Assembly (NCBI GenBank): GCA_020444265.1
Contig: JAHLLH010000008.1
Span: forward strand, 58,945 to 122,944
From: a bacterium
Lineage (GTDB): Bacteria > Electryoneota > Electryoneia > Electryoneales > Electryoneaceae
Direction: 5' to 3'
DNA length: 64,000 nt
The notes under the pieces are model-generated. The model ran no database searches. It was not told the DNA's origin and saw nothing but the letters and a program-made list of their open reading frames with translations. A program made the position numbers and the translations under genes. Positions 53,926 to 63,543 of the stretch are shown here, piece by piece. Each line of letters begins with the position of its first letter. The stretch's first letter is position 1.

Positions 53926-54663
53926 TTACCATTTCATTTGCCAGCAATAGCCCGTCAGGAAAAGGATGTCACGGGTCTGCGCTTGCTGTGAGTTTCCGCC
54001 AAAGCTGCCCATCCCGGCACGAAACCGCAATTGCATCGTCGCAAAACCAGGCCCCAGCTGCAAATCACCGCCTGCACCCACCGCGAACGAAACCTCAACC
54101 GATCCGAACCCCGGTTTGTAAGGTTCATACTCCTCATTGGGGACAGGGGTCCAGGTTGGGTAACGCTTGTTGACCTCCTCCGTACTCTCCTGGTGCACCT
54201 TCGCCCCGAAGGAGAGACCATACTCGAAGAAGGGGGTGAAGCTCCGTCCAGACCCGGACACCTGGATCATGTCCGCCTTGCCGAACTTCAATAATACCGG
54301 CAGCTCGATGTACTGCAACCGCCATTCGGTTCGTGTGTCAATGTGGTACGCGAAAAAGCCGGTGTCCCGGTTGTAAACATCGACAGACCGTCCTTGGATC
54401 CCACCACGCAGGCTGAATAGCAGTTCGGTATGCAGGGCAAGTGTGGGGCTGATCCAGTAGCTACTAGTGATGCCGAAAGCGGAGGCAGGGCTCGCTTCCG
54501 TATCAGTACCGATATGGCTGCCGCTGACTTCTCCATTTCCGTACCCGGCTCGGATGCCGAGATGGAAGGGCAAGGTGGTGGCTGATACCTGCACGACAGG
54601 AAACAGGATCAGGCCAATCAGAAGCAGAAGTGTGTGGACGTTCGGACGCATGCAACGGCTCAT
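53926..54663 (-). CDS. Small outer-membrane beta-barrel protein (OMP_b-brl/PorT-like size class)
   Basis: Signal peptide MSRCMRPNVHTLLLLIGLILFPVVQVSA. Alternating strands (FHLGIRAGYGNG..., LALHTELLFSLRGG). The C-terminus ends ...GYCWQMKW (aromatic). Confidence 0.5.
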   Translation of the reverse strand: MSRCMRPNVHTLLLLIGLILFPVVQVSATTLPFHLGIRAGYGNGEVSGSHIGTDTEASPASAFGITSSYWISPTLALHTELLFSLRGGIQGRSVDVYNRDTGFFAYHIDTRTEWRLQYIELPVLLKFGKADMIQVSGSGRSFTPFFEYGLSFGAKVHQESTEEVNKRYPTWTPVPNEEYEPYKPGFGSVEVSFAVGAGGDLQLGPGFATMQLRFRAGMGSFGGNSQQAQTRDILFLTGYCWQMKW

Positions 54664-54694
54664 ATTCAGTTTACAGCAGCGAACAATATACCGA

Positions 54695-55504
54695 TTAATC
54701 AACTGCACGACTCAACAGGCAGCGGTTGTAGACAACCTGAAAGCCAGCTCGCTCCACATTCCTCTGCGATGCACTCCCTGGGTGGCAAGTGACTATCGCG
54801 ATTTCGAGGCCGGCGTCACGTCCCATCTGCAAGCGCTCCCGTATGAATGCCATCTGAATCCCTCGTCGGCGAAAATCTGGCAGGGTGGAGGAGGACATGA
54901 TCGAAAGCACGCCAACCTCCGGAATGAGGCTGACTATTGACGCTCCCGCAATCTCGCCATCCACCCTAGCGAGCAGGCAATGCACTCCCGCGGTACGTGC
55001 CAGGCCGAGGTGCAGGGCACGGTCATCCTCGCTGATCGCTTCGTCGCCCTCATAGCCACGCCCAATCGTCTCCGCCCACAGTTCCATCTCGTCCTGCCCG
55101 GCGATAGTAATGGAGATAGATGGGTTGACCGGACCAATATCTGGCAGTTCATCAAGGCAGGCCGCAAGCAGGGTCCCCCAATCGGAGATCGCCCAGCCTC
55201 GTTTCCCGGTTACCTCGAATAGAGAGGGGTGGTGCCAGGGGGTCGCGGAAATCGCGGGTTCGAGCGAACGTTCCTCGAAAATCGCTTCCATTCGGCGGAT
55301 ATCGTCGTCACCAACCTCCCGATTGAGTCCGACACCGATCGCCTTACTCCAGTCTGGCACATCCTTGTGGAGATAGATCGCACCGTCGAGGATGGGGACC
55401 ACTTCGACCAGATCCCCCTTGGCTACGGTCAGCTTCACACCGAAAAGACGGATTGATTCCTCAACCCGCAGGGCAAAATCCCGGTCATGAAAGATGCTGC
55501 TCAT
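54695..55504 (-). CDS. GNAT-family N-acetyltransferase (two-lobed)
   Basis: The C-terminal half has the acetyl-CoA motif A, LPDFRRRGIQMAFIRERLQMGRDAG...ASQRNVERAGFQVVY. Confidence 0.7.
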   Translation of the reverse strand: MSSIFHDRDFALRVEESIRLFGVKLTVAKGDLVEVVPILDGAIYLHKDVPDWSKAIGVGLNREVGDDDIRRMEAIFEERSLEPAISATPWHHPSLFEVTGKRGWAISDWGTLLAACLDELPDIGPVNPSISITIAGQDEMELWAETIGRGYEGDEAISEDDRALHLGLARTAGVHCLLARVDGEIAGASIVSLIPEVGVLSIMSSSTLPDFRRRGIQMAFIRERLQMGRDAGLEIAIVTCHPGSASQRNVERAGFQVVYNRCLLSRAVD

Positions 55505-55656
55505 CGGTACACTCCTGTGGGCTATCCCCGACCCAAAGTTGGCCGCTCAGCCAACCACAGGCAAGAGGTGGAAAGGATGAGACTGATTAGATTCAGGAAT
55601 GGACGATCCCCCCTGACAGCTACTACCTTTGCGCAACGAACAACAGAGCAGACTGG

Positions 55657-58131
55657 ATGATGGACAAGACGACCGATAACCACTACGCCCTCGAGGCACT
55701 CAATTTTCACAAGGTGCTGGATGCCGTCGCGGATCGAACCGGGACCGACTACGGTCGTGCTCACATCTTCACCCTCGCACCCGGTCGTGAAGGGATCGAT
55801 CTCGAGGCTGAATTTGACCGGATCGAAGCACTGACTGGTGCAGTACAGCGCGGAGAACCACTGCCATTAGGCGGGATTCACGATGTCGATGCTCCGCTGA
55901 AACGGTCCCGTACCGAAGGCACCCATCTAGAAGTCAACCATCTGCTCGACATCGGGCAGCTCGCTGTTGTCACCCGCAAGCTCCGTCAGTTCATCGAGAA
56001 ACGGCGTCAGGCGTTCGAACCCTTGATGCACTTCGCCGAGATCATCGAAGAGATGCCGAAGCTGGAACGCGACATCTTCAAAGCTCTCGATGAGAACACG
56101 GCGGAAGTACGTGACGAGGCCTCCGCTGCGCTTCGCAAAATCCGCCGTGAGATCGAATCCTCCGTCCAGCGAGTCCGGAAAAGGCTCGATTCGATGGTGC
56201 GTCAGTTCGGCAATGACGGCTACCTGCTCGAAAGCGGGTATACGATCCGTGATGGCCGCTACGCGCTCGCAGTCAAGCAGCAGCACAAGAACAGAGTTCG
56301 CGGAATTGTGCACGGCTTGTCTGCTTCCGGCGGAACAGTCTTCATCGAGCCGGATGAGCTGGTCGAACTGGGCAACGAGGTCCGCAGGCTGGCCGAAGAG
56401 GAAGCGGAAGAGGTGCGTCGCATCCTCACCCTGCTGACCGATACAGTTCGTGAGCATGTCCCAGCTCTTCGTGCGGCGATTGATGCTGTCACTCAGCTTG
56501 ACAGTTTACAGGCGCGGGCGCGGTTTGCCTGGGATGTCGGCGGAATGCGCCCCGCGGTTCGCGACGGTCAGCTCAACCTTGTCAGTGCCCGTCACCCTCT
56601 GCTCGTCCTGCGGAAGGGACTCGAGGAAACGGTCCCGCTCGATCTGTCGATGAACAGCGATGATCGTACCCTGATCATCACCGGCCCGAATGCGGGTGGG
56701 AAGACAGTGGCCCTCAAAACAGTCGGCCTTGTTTCCGCGATGATCCACAGCGGCATCTGGCCGTCGGCAGGGGATGGGACGGTCGTCCCGCCAATTGAAC
56801 AGTGGCATGTGGTGATTGGGGACGATCAATCCCTCGATGGCGACCTCTCCAGCTTCTCCGGTCATCTTGAGAAATTGAAGACCATCACCCACGAACCGCG
56901 TCAACCGAAACTAGTGCTGATTGACGAGATCGCCTCCGGCACCGACCCGACCGAGGGGGCCGGGCTGGCGATGGCGCTGCTCGAGGAAGCCGTTGCCTAC
57001 GGCTGGTGGTCGATTGTCACCACCCACATGGGTGCGTTGAAAGCCTTCGCGCATCGGACCGACGGGGTCCGCAACGGCTCGATGCAATTCGACCGTGAAC
57101 ACCTCACCCCGACGTACCGTTTCCAGCCCGATCTGCCCGGTAGCTCGTATGCGCTGGAAATCGCTCAGCGAGTTGGCATGCCGGAAGCGGTGGTCAACCG
57201 TGCCCGCGATTATGTCGGCGAGGAACGGCTGCGTCTTGAGGATTTGATCGAGGAATTGACAGAACGTTTGCAGACCTTGCAGGACCGTGAACGCGACCTC
57301 GCAACACAGATCACTCGCAATTCAGGTCTCGAAAAAATCCTGCAGGAACGGATTGAACGGCTTGAATCGCAAAAGGCGGAGAAGATGGACAAGGCAGCGG
57401 CGGAAGCGGAGAAGCTGCTCGCCGAGGCAAACCGAGCCATCGAGCTGAGTGTCAAGGAGATCAAGGAGAAGCAGGCCGCCAGCGAGGCGATCAAGGCAGC
57501 GCGTGAACGTGTTGAGCAGCAGAAGCAGGCGGTCGAGGCGGCACAACGGGATGCAAAGGCGAAACGTCGCAAGGACAAAGGGAAAAAGGCTAAACCGGAA
57601 AGCTTCGAGCAGCTCGCACGGCAGGCTGCACCTCGTCAAGAAGCATTGAGCGAAGAAGAGCTGACCGCGCCGATCCAGGTGGGGGATGAAGTGCGCTTGG
57701 AAAGCGGGATCCGTGCAGAGGTTCTTGCGCTGAAAGGCGACAAGGTGCAGGTGACAGCTGGCTCGCTGAAGATCTGGATGTCGGTGGCGGATGTCGAAAA
57801 GGTGCGGAAACACCGTGCCGGGGGCGGGGTGAAGGTGATGATGGACGAGTCCGCTTCCACATCTTCCCCAGCCGATGCACCCCCTGTCCGCACCGAGCTG
57901 AAGCTGCTGGGGATGCGTGCCGAGCAGGCCGAAATTTCCCTCGACAAATACCTGGAGAAAATCGCCTTATCGGGTATGCCCTACGCGCGTATCGTCCACG
58001 GCAAGGGCACCGGTGCGCTGCGTTCGATGGTTCAGGAAGTCCTCGAGGACCATCCCCTGGTCGCCAGCTACCGTTTTGGCGATGCCCGCGAAGGCGGGGA
58101 CGGGGTGACGATTGTGGAGTTGAAGGAATAA
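55657..58131 (+). CDS. mutS2: Endonuclease MutS2 (MutS ATPase plus C-terminal Smr domain)
   Basis: LIITGPNAGGKTVALKTVGL (Walker A), LVLIDEIASGTDP, a long coiled coil, and Smr LKLLGMRAEQAEISLDKYL...ARIVHGKGTGALR. Confidence 0.92.
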   Translation: MMDKTTDNHYALEALNFHKVLDAVADRTGTDYGRAHIFTLAPGREGIDLEAEFDRIEALTGAVQRGEPLPLGGIHDVDAPLKRSRTEGTHLEVNHLLDIGQLAVVTRKLRQFIEKRRQAFEPLMHFAEIIEEMPKLERDIFKALDENTAEVRDEASAALRKIRREIESSVQRVRKRLDSMVRQFGNDGYLLESGYTIRDGRYALAVKQQHKNRVRGIVHGLSASGGTVFIEPDELVELGNEVRRLAEEEAEEVRRILTLLTDTVREHVPALRAAIDAVTQLDSLQARARFAWDVGGMRPAVRDGQLNLVSARHPLLVLRKGLEETVPLDLSMNSDDRTLIITGPNAGGKTVALKTVGLVSAMIHSGIWPSAGDGTVVPPIEQWHVVIGDDQSLDGDLSSFSGHLEKLKTITHEPRQPKLVLIDEIASGTDPTEGAGLAMALLEEAVAYGWWSIVTTHMGALKAFAHRTDGVRNGSMQFDREHLTPTYRFQPDLPGSSYALEIAQRVGMPEAVVNRARDYVGEERLRLEDLIEELTERLQTLQDRERDLATQITRNSGLEKILQERIERLESQKAEKMDKAAAEAEKLLAEANRAIELSVKEIKEKQAASEAIKAARERVEQQKQAVEAAQRDAKAKRRKDKGKKAKPESFEQLARQAAPRQEALSEEELTAPIQVGDEVRLESGIRAEVLALKGDKVQVTAGSLKIWMSVADVEKVRKHRAGGGVKVMMDESASTSSPADAPPVRTELKLLGMRAEQAEISLDKYLEKIALSGMPYARIVHGKGTGALRSMVQEVLEDHPLVASYRFGDAREGGDGVTIVELKE

Positions 58132-58252
58132 GATTATCGCGGGAGCTTGATCGACGCATTCTCCCTGCTTGCTGACTTCGGGCTTTTGGGATATATTGCA
58201 CGGCAGTGGGAGGGGTAGTCCTCCGCAGTCACGACAGAGTGGATTGGTACGG

Positions 58253-58696
58253 ATGAAAAAGCTTAGCTGGATTGTTCTCGCACTGATGTTGCTTGCCGTC
58301 GATGGCTTCGCAGCGAGTGCGGAGTACCAGGCACGGTACGATACCGGCTATGGCTTGTTCTCCCGTGGACGATTCACCCAGGCGGTCCGTCACTTCCGTA
58401 ACATGCTCGAGGATGACCGGAGCAATGATCTCTCCGACAATTGCCAGTATTGGATCGGGGAGTCCTACTTCAACTTGAAGCAGTACGACCAGGCGTTGAT
58501 CGAGTTTGACCGTGTCCTGACCTTCCCCGGCACTAACAAGCGCGAGGATGCGCTCTACAAGATCGGCGACTGCCAAGAGAAGCTCGGCCAGCCGGAGAAG
58601 GCGAAAGAAATGTATTTGCGTCTCCTGGCCGAATATCCTGACACCCGCCATTCAACCTACGTCCTGAAAGCCATTGAGACCCTTGGCCAGCCCTGA
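58253..58696 (+). CDS. Secreted TPR protein, YbgF/CpoB C-terminal-domain-like
   Basis: ATG 58253 gives the signal peptide MKKLSWIVLALMLLAVDGFAAS. DNCQYWIGESYFNLKQYDQALIEFDRVL...EDALYKIGDCQEKLGQPEKAKEMYLRLLAEYPD. Confidence 0.6.
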   Translation: MKKLSWIVLALMLLAVDGFAASAEYQARYDTGYGLFSRGRFTQAVRHFRNMLEDDRSNDLSDNCQYWIGESYFNLKQYDQALIEFDRVLTFPGTNKREDALYKIGDCQEKLGQPEKAKEMYLRLLAEYPDTRHSTYVLKAIETLGQP

Positions 58697-58705
58697 TAGC
58701 CGCTC

Positions 58706-60784
58706 ATGATGCAGAGATCTTTCCGCACGACTCGACCTCCCCTCGCCACGGTGACGAACGGGCTGACCGTCCTCCGCAGGAGTATGGTTGGTTTGCTGTT
58801 GCTGGGACTTCTTACATCCATCGCGCTGGCCGTGAAACCGGACCCGCTCACCGCCACCGGCCTGCGCTGGCCGACCGATGCTTCCCGTCGCTTCACCAGC
58901 ACCTTTGGCGAACCACGTCCGGACCGTTTCCATGCCGGCCTCGATTTTTCGACCAGCGGCTCCGTCGGCTATCCCTGCTACGCGGTTGCCGATGGCTGGA
59001 TCACTCGTGTCCGGACCAACTTCAAGGGGTACGGCAAGGTGGTCTACCTCGCACTTCCCGATGGACGAATCGCGGTCTATGCCCACCTCTCCGCATTCGA
59101 CAAACGGATCGAGGAACGTGTGCGAGCCGTGCAGCTCGAGCAGGGTGGCTACGAGACCGAGCTCTTCTTTGAGAAGGATGAGCTGCCATACGCTCAGGGT
59201 GAAGTGCTCGCCTATTCGGGTGATACCGGGTCCGGTCCGCCGCACCTCCATTTCGAAATGCGTCAAGGGATCGCCGAACCCTACAACCCGGCGCTTGATG
59301 GCTTTGTGGTACGTGATTCACGCTCCCCGGTGATTCGTCGCCTCTCGTTACGTCCCCTCGATGGGTCGAGCGAGGTGGATGGTGACATGCTGCCGGTGGT
59401 CCGTTGGGTCAATGGTGGGACGGTCGAACCGATCACCTTCTACGGTCGCATCGGGGTGAGTGCGGAGGTGATGGATTGGCAGGATGGCGGCTGGCATCGT
59501 CTCGGCGTGCGCACCCTTGAGCTCTACCTCGATGGTGAGTTGCGGCACCGCGCCGACCTGCTCCGATTCAACTACCGCAAAAATCGTCAGTCGCGTCTTG
59601 ACTTTGATTATGAGCTCTGGCGGATCGGGTACAAACGGTTCCGTCGGCTCTACCTGCTGCCGGGTAATGAATTGCCCTTCTACGACCGTTCGCTGCCGGG
59701 TGGAATTATCAATTCTCGCGACCTGACCCCGGGCCGTCACGAGATCCGTGTCCGCATCACCGACATGTCCGGCAACTCGACCGAATCGAGCTGGCCGGTG
59801 AATGTGCGTCACGATCCCACCATGCCACCCGCTCTGACCAAGGGCCCGCCAAAACCGATTCGTGGAGAATTAATCGAGGACGAAAGCCTCTCGATTGATG
59901 TGCGGCTAATCGGACGAGTGGCGCGTGTCAGTGTCCACAAAGTCCCTGCCGGGACGGAACGTGTTCAGCTGCGCGCTGAACCTTTCGCGCAGACCCTGCC
60001 CCTGGTCGATCATGGGCATGGTATCTGGGTGGGGCGCGGGGAAGTGCCTCTTTCTTTTCGCGGTCCTGCGACCTTTACCGCGATGGTGAAGAATGGTGGG
60101 GAGGGGTTGAAGACCGTCTCGAAGACGATCCGTCTCGCGGGGTTCCGAGCTGGGGCACGAGACCGTTGGCCGATCCCCGACGAGGGCATTGAACTGCGTT
60201 TCGACGAAAACGATATGTGGTTTGACCTGATCGCCGGGATGACCAGGAAGCCGAAGGAACCGTCCACACTGACCCCTCTCTACAAGTTCCACCCGATGGA
60301 CTATCCCTTCGAACGGCCCTACGAGATCGCCTTCACTGCGCAGGATGCACCGTGGGACAGCCTTAGCGGGATTGTCTACCGCGAGGAGGGGCAACTTCGC
60401 GAATGGACCTGGCTGGGCAACGAGCGCGAGATGAGCGGTTTTGTACTCAAAGCGGAGGCGTACAGCTTCGAGACCTTCGCCGTCGCTCGCGACACTGAAG
60501 CGCCACGTATCAGCCGTGTCAGTCTGCAGGATGGGGCACGTGCCTCATCACGCCGTCCCTTGCTTTCCGCGATGGTGACCGACGACCTCTCCGACCTCGA
60601 CCTGGACCGTTGCCGGATCGATCTCGATGGCAACGAAACCATCTGGATCTATGATCCCGACGCGAAAACCATCTCCTTCCGCCCCTGGTCCGACCTGACC
60701 CGTGGCACCCACACCTGGCGTCTCCATGTAGTGGACCGAGTCGGTAACTCGAAAGAAATCTCCCGGACGTTTCGTGTGAGATAA
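58706..60784 (+). CDS. M23-family metallopeptidase with a C-terminal extension of about 450 aa
   Basis: Signal anchor. FHAGLDFS (HxxxD) and YSGDTGSGPPHLHFEMR (HxH). Confidence 0.85.
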   Translation: MMQRSFRTTRPPLATVTNGLTVLRRSMVGLLLLGLLTSIALAVKPDPLTATGLRWPTDASRRFTSTFGEPRPDRFHAGLDFSTSGSVGYPCYAVADGWITRVRTNFKGYGKVVYLALPDGRIAVYAHLSAFDKRIEERVRAVQLEQGGYETELFFEKDELPYAQGEVLAYSGDTGSGPPHLHFEMRQGIAEPYNPALDGFVVRDSRSPVIRRLSLRPLDGSSEVDGDMLPVVRWVNGGTVEPITFYGRIGVSAEVMDWQDGGWHRLGVRTLELYLDGELRHRADLLRFNYRKNRQSRLDFDYELWRIGYKRFRRLYLLPGNELPFYDRSLPGGIINSRDLTPGRHEIRVRITDMSGNSTESSWPVNVRHDPTMPPALTKGPPKPIRGELIEDESLSIDVRLIGRVARVSVHKVPAGTERVQLRAEPFAQTLPLVDHGHGIWVGRGEVPLSFRGPATFTAMVKNGGEGLKTVSKTIRLAGFRAGARDRWPIPDEGIELRFDENDMWFDLIAGMTRKPKEPSTLTPLYKFHPMDYPFERPYEIAFTAQDAPWDSLSGIVYREEGQLREWTWLGNEREMSGFVLKAEAYSFETFAVARDTEAPRISRVSLQDGARASSRRPLLSAMVTDDLSDLDLDRCRIDLDGNETIWIYDPDAKTISFRPWSDLTRGTHTWRLHVVDRVGNSKEISRTFRVR

Positions 60785-60861
60785 GTCCGTTTTCTCCTTC
60801 CTGTTCCCAATCCTCCTTAACGATGTTATACTCCTGCACGTGCGTGATCAAAGGGGGTAGG

Positions 60862-61317
60862 ATGTCTGCAACACTGCTGCGGAACTTGCTCTTTGCGGGG
60901 TTGATGGTTCATGCAATTGGTCAACTGATGGGAGTCGTGCCTGCGCTGGGGTTGTTCGGTGCGGGTGGTGCGAGCGGCCCGGATTGGCTGCAACGATGGT
61001 CGGTGGAATCGGGTGTGCTGTCCCATGCGTTGAGCCCGAAGGCAAATCATGCTGTGGGACTAGTCCTCTACTCGCTGGCATTCCTCGGCTTTCTGCTGGG
61101 AGCGTTGGCCTTGCAGGGGTGGGGTGTGCCGCATGCAGGGTGGCGGACCATCCTGCTATGGGCATCGGTCTTCTCGATGATGGCGCTGATCCTCTATTGG
61201 AATGGTCTAATATGGCTGTTCCCGCATAAAATCGGCGACATTGCGGTAAATATCTTCTGCATCGTCGCCGTCTACATCGCTCAATGGCCGGATGAGACGA
61301 TGATCGGAATTGGGTAA
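60862..61317 (+). CDS. Hypothetical 4-TM membrane protein
   Basis: ATG 60862 with AAGGGGG upstream. Four hydrophobic helices. No family recognised. Confidence 0.5.
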   Translation: MSATLLRNLLFAGLMVHAIGQLMGVVPALGLFGAGGASGPDWLQRWSVESGVLSHALSPKANHAVGLVLYSLAFLGFLLGALALQGWGVPHAGWRTILLWASVFSMMALILYWNGLIWLFPHKIGDIAVNIFCIVAVYIAQWPDETMIGIG

Positions 61318-61333
61318 AGGGAGTGGATTTCGG

Positions 61334-61870
61334 ATGAATTGGATCGCATTTCTGCGTGCCATCAATGTGGGGGGGCACAATGTAAAGATGGAGGAGCTGC
61401 GTGCCCTGTTCGAGGGGATGGGCTTCTCCGATGTAGCGACCTATATCGCCAGCGGCAATGTCATTTTCAGCAGCGGGATCAAGGATGCTGCCAAACTGGA
61501 AGCAACCATCGAAAAGGGGCTGGAGAAGGCTCTCGGCTACGAGGTCGTAACCTTTGTTCGCACGCCACAACAAATCGCCGATGCTGCCGAAAAGATCCCC
61601 TTCCCGGCCGATGAGATCGATAACGCCAAAGCTCTCAATGTCGCCTTCCTCAAAGCCCCCCTGACCGATGAGCAACAGGCCGCTCTAAAGCAATTCGAAA
61701 CCGAAATTGACAGCTTCGCCACACGCGGAAGCGAACTTTACTGGAAATGCCTCACCAGGCAGTCCGACTCGAAGTTCAACAACAACCGCCTCGAACGTGC
61801 CCTCAAGCTCAACGCCACGTTCCGCGGCATCAACACCGTCCGTAAACTCACCGCGAAGTATGGGATGTAG
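61334..61870 (+). CDS. DUF1697 domain protein
   Basis: MNWIAFLRAINVGGHNVKMEELRALFEGMGFSDVATYIASGNVIF is the characteristic DUF1697 N-terminus. Confidence 0.85.
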   Translation: MNWIAFLRAINVGGHNVKMEELRALFEGMGFSDVATYIASGNVIFSSGIKDAAKLEATIEKGLEKALGYEVVTFVRTPQQIADAAEKIPFPADEIDNAKALNVAFLKAPLTDEQQAALKQFETEIDSFATRGSELYWKCLTRQSDSKFNNNRLERALKLNATFRGINTVRKLTAKYGM

Positions 61871-61881
61871 GCGAGACGTTT

Positions 61882-61932
61882 GTTATTAGTGACAGTTACT
61901 AATTAGATTAATTAGTAACTGTCACTAATAAC
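61882..61932. repeat. REPIN, 5' flank of RAYT (perfect 51-bp palindrome)
   Basis: GTTATTAGTGACAGTTACTAATTA-gat-TAATTAGTAACTGTCACTAATAAC. Confidence 0.9.
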
Positions 61933-61944
61933 GGATGCCGACAA

Positions 61945-62601
61945 ATGCCACGACAAGCGAGACTCGTTCTGCCGAATGTCCCCCACCATGTAACGCAGCG
62001 TGGTGTGCGGAAAATGCAAACCTTTTTCTCGTCTGATGATTACGAACTCTACCTCAAACTCCTCTCCATTTTTACCAGGAAGGCGGAGGTCTCCGTTCTC
62101 GCATGGTGCTTGATGCCGAATCATGTTCATTTATTGTTGGTTCCAACGTCTGAAAAAGGACTGCGTGCAGCGCTGGGACCTTTGCACCGGACTTACTCTT
62201 CCGAAGTGAACAAACGTGAGACATGGACCGGTCATCTGTGGCAAGCTCGATTTGCTTCCTTCCCAACGGATCCTTATCACACCACCGCTGCGGCACGTTA
62301 CATCGAGCTGAATCCAGTTCGTGCCGGATTGGTTTCCGTGCCCGGAGCATATCGATGGAGCAGCGCGAGGGCACATCTGACCATGGAGCCGGATGGGGTT
62401 ACAGATCTAGGAGCGATGAGTTCCATCGCTGATGATTGGAATGGCTTGCTTGCTAGCGGGTTGGACGATCAGACTTTAGAGTCCATTAGGCAGCACGAGA
62501 CGAACAACTTCCCGCTCGGTGCAGAGCATTTCGTGCAAGCACTCGAGCAGGAATTCGATCAGAAACTTCGACCGGGAAAGCGTGGCCGACGGTGGAAATG
62601 A
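61945..62601 (+). CDS. REP-associated tyrosine transposase (RAYT; IS200/IS605 TnpA-like HUH Y1 enzyme)
   Basis: 218 aa. LAWCLMPNHVHLLLVP (HUH motif) and AARYIELNPVRAGLV...YRWSS (catalytic Tyr helix). Confidence 0.88.
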   Translation: MPRQARLVLPNVPHHVTQRGVRKMQTFFSSDDYELYLKLLSIFTRKAEVSVLAWCLMPNHVHLLLVPTSEKGLRAALGPLHRTYSSEVNKRETWTGHLWQARFASFPTDPYHTTAAARYIELNPVRAGLVSVPGAYRWSSARAHLTMEPDGVTDLGAMSSIADDWNGLLASGLDDQTLESIRQHETNNFPLGAEHFVQALEQEFDQKLRPGKRGRRWK

Positions 62602-62610
62602 GGAAGCAGT

Positions 62611-62661
62611 CTTATTAGTGACAGTTACTAATTGGATTAATTAGTAACTGTCACTATTAAA
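62611..62661. repeat. REPIN, 3' flank of RAYT (imperfect copy)
   Basis: CTTATTAGTGACAGTTACTAATTggatTAATTAGTAACTGTCACTATTAAa. The right arm carries a substitution (ACTATTAA versus ACTAATAA) and the central spacer differs. Confidence 0.85.
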
Positions 62662-62673
62662 GAGCGATGCCGC

Positions 62674-63543
62674 TTAGAATGTTCGCTCCAAATAATCACT
62701 GATCATCTCAGGCAAGTCCTCGTGAAATGCTTCCCGGTCAAACTTCTCGGGATCGACTGATGGCAGGAAAGTGGGGGAACGCATCTCCTCGGGCCAGGGG
62801 CTGAGGAAGGAGAAGTGGCCAGCGTTTTTGATCAGCTGGTATTCGACGAGGTCGCGGTTGGGGACTCGTTCACGGACCAGGTCGGTGACCGGGGCGGGGG
62901 TGATGTGATCGTGTTCTGCGACGAGGAGCAGGATCGGTAGCTTGACCTCGTCCAGAGCGGCGGGTGCGCCGTACCAGGCTGCCGCCGGTGCCATCAGGAC
63001 TAGCGCTTTGATGCGTGGATCGGGACGGACCCCGACCTGACGTCCCGACCTCGTCCACGGCTGCCCACCCGCCAATGCCAGCGCCGTATACCCACCCATC
63101 GAATGGCCGATCATCGCGATACGGTCCAGATCGATCACCTTTCCAAACTCAGTATCTCGCAACAGTGCATTGATGGTCAAGGTGATGTGCACGGGACGGT
63201 TGAGCAGGTTCTCAACCGTGTTGGTCAGCCTGCCATCATCTTTGTTGTCGCCATCATGTTTCGGCAGGGCGATGATGAAACCTTCGCTCACCAGGTGGCT
63301 GGCGATGGTACGGTAGACCATGTTCGACCCGCCGCCACCGTGCGACAGGACCACCAATGGGAACAATCCTCTCGCCACCGCCGCATCGACCGCGACATCC
63401 ATTGTAAAGGGGCCGAATCGGGTTGGTTTCGACTCCGCATCGGTGGGGTAGTGGATCAGGACGGGGAACTGCGTGTTGATTGCCCGGTCGGACAGGTGAA
63501 TGGTTCGCGTTCCAACGTTCACGGATGCCTCTATATCTACCAA
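62674..63543 (-). CDS. Alpha/beta hydrolase (dienelactone hydrolase / PAF-acetylhydrolase-like)
   Basis: VVLSHGGGGS and IAMIGHSMGGYTAL (GxSxG nucleophile elbow), with a C-terminal GHFSF histidine. The start is uncertain: TTG 63543 and no upstream ATG. Confidence 0.7.
   Translation of the reverse strand: MVDIEASVNVGTRTIHLSDRAINTQFPVLIHYPTDAESKPTRFGPFTMDVAVDAAVARGLFPLVVLSHGGGGSNMVYRTIASHLVSEGFIIALPKHDGDNKDDGRLTNTVENLLNRPVHITLTINALLRDTEFGKVIDLDRIAMIGHSMGGYTALALAGGQPWTRSGRQVGVRPDPRIKALVLMAPAAAWYGAPAALDEVKLPILLLVAEHDHITPAPVTDLVRERVPNRDLVEYQLIKNAGHFSFLSPWPEEMRSPTFLPSVDPEKFDREAFHEDLPEMISDYLERTF

Larger units (their letters stand above)
61882..62661 (+). mobile_element. RAYT gene bracketed by two REPINs (REP-RAYT unit)
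   Basis: 51-bp palindromes lie 12 nt upstream of the RAYT start and 9 nt downstream of its stop. See the component features. Confidence 0.85.
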
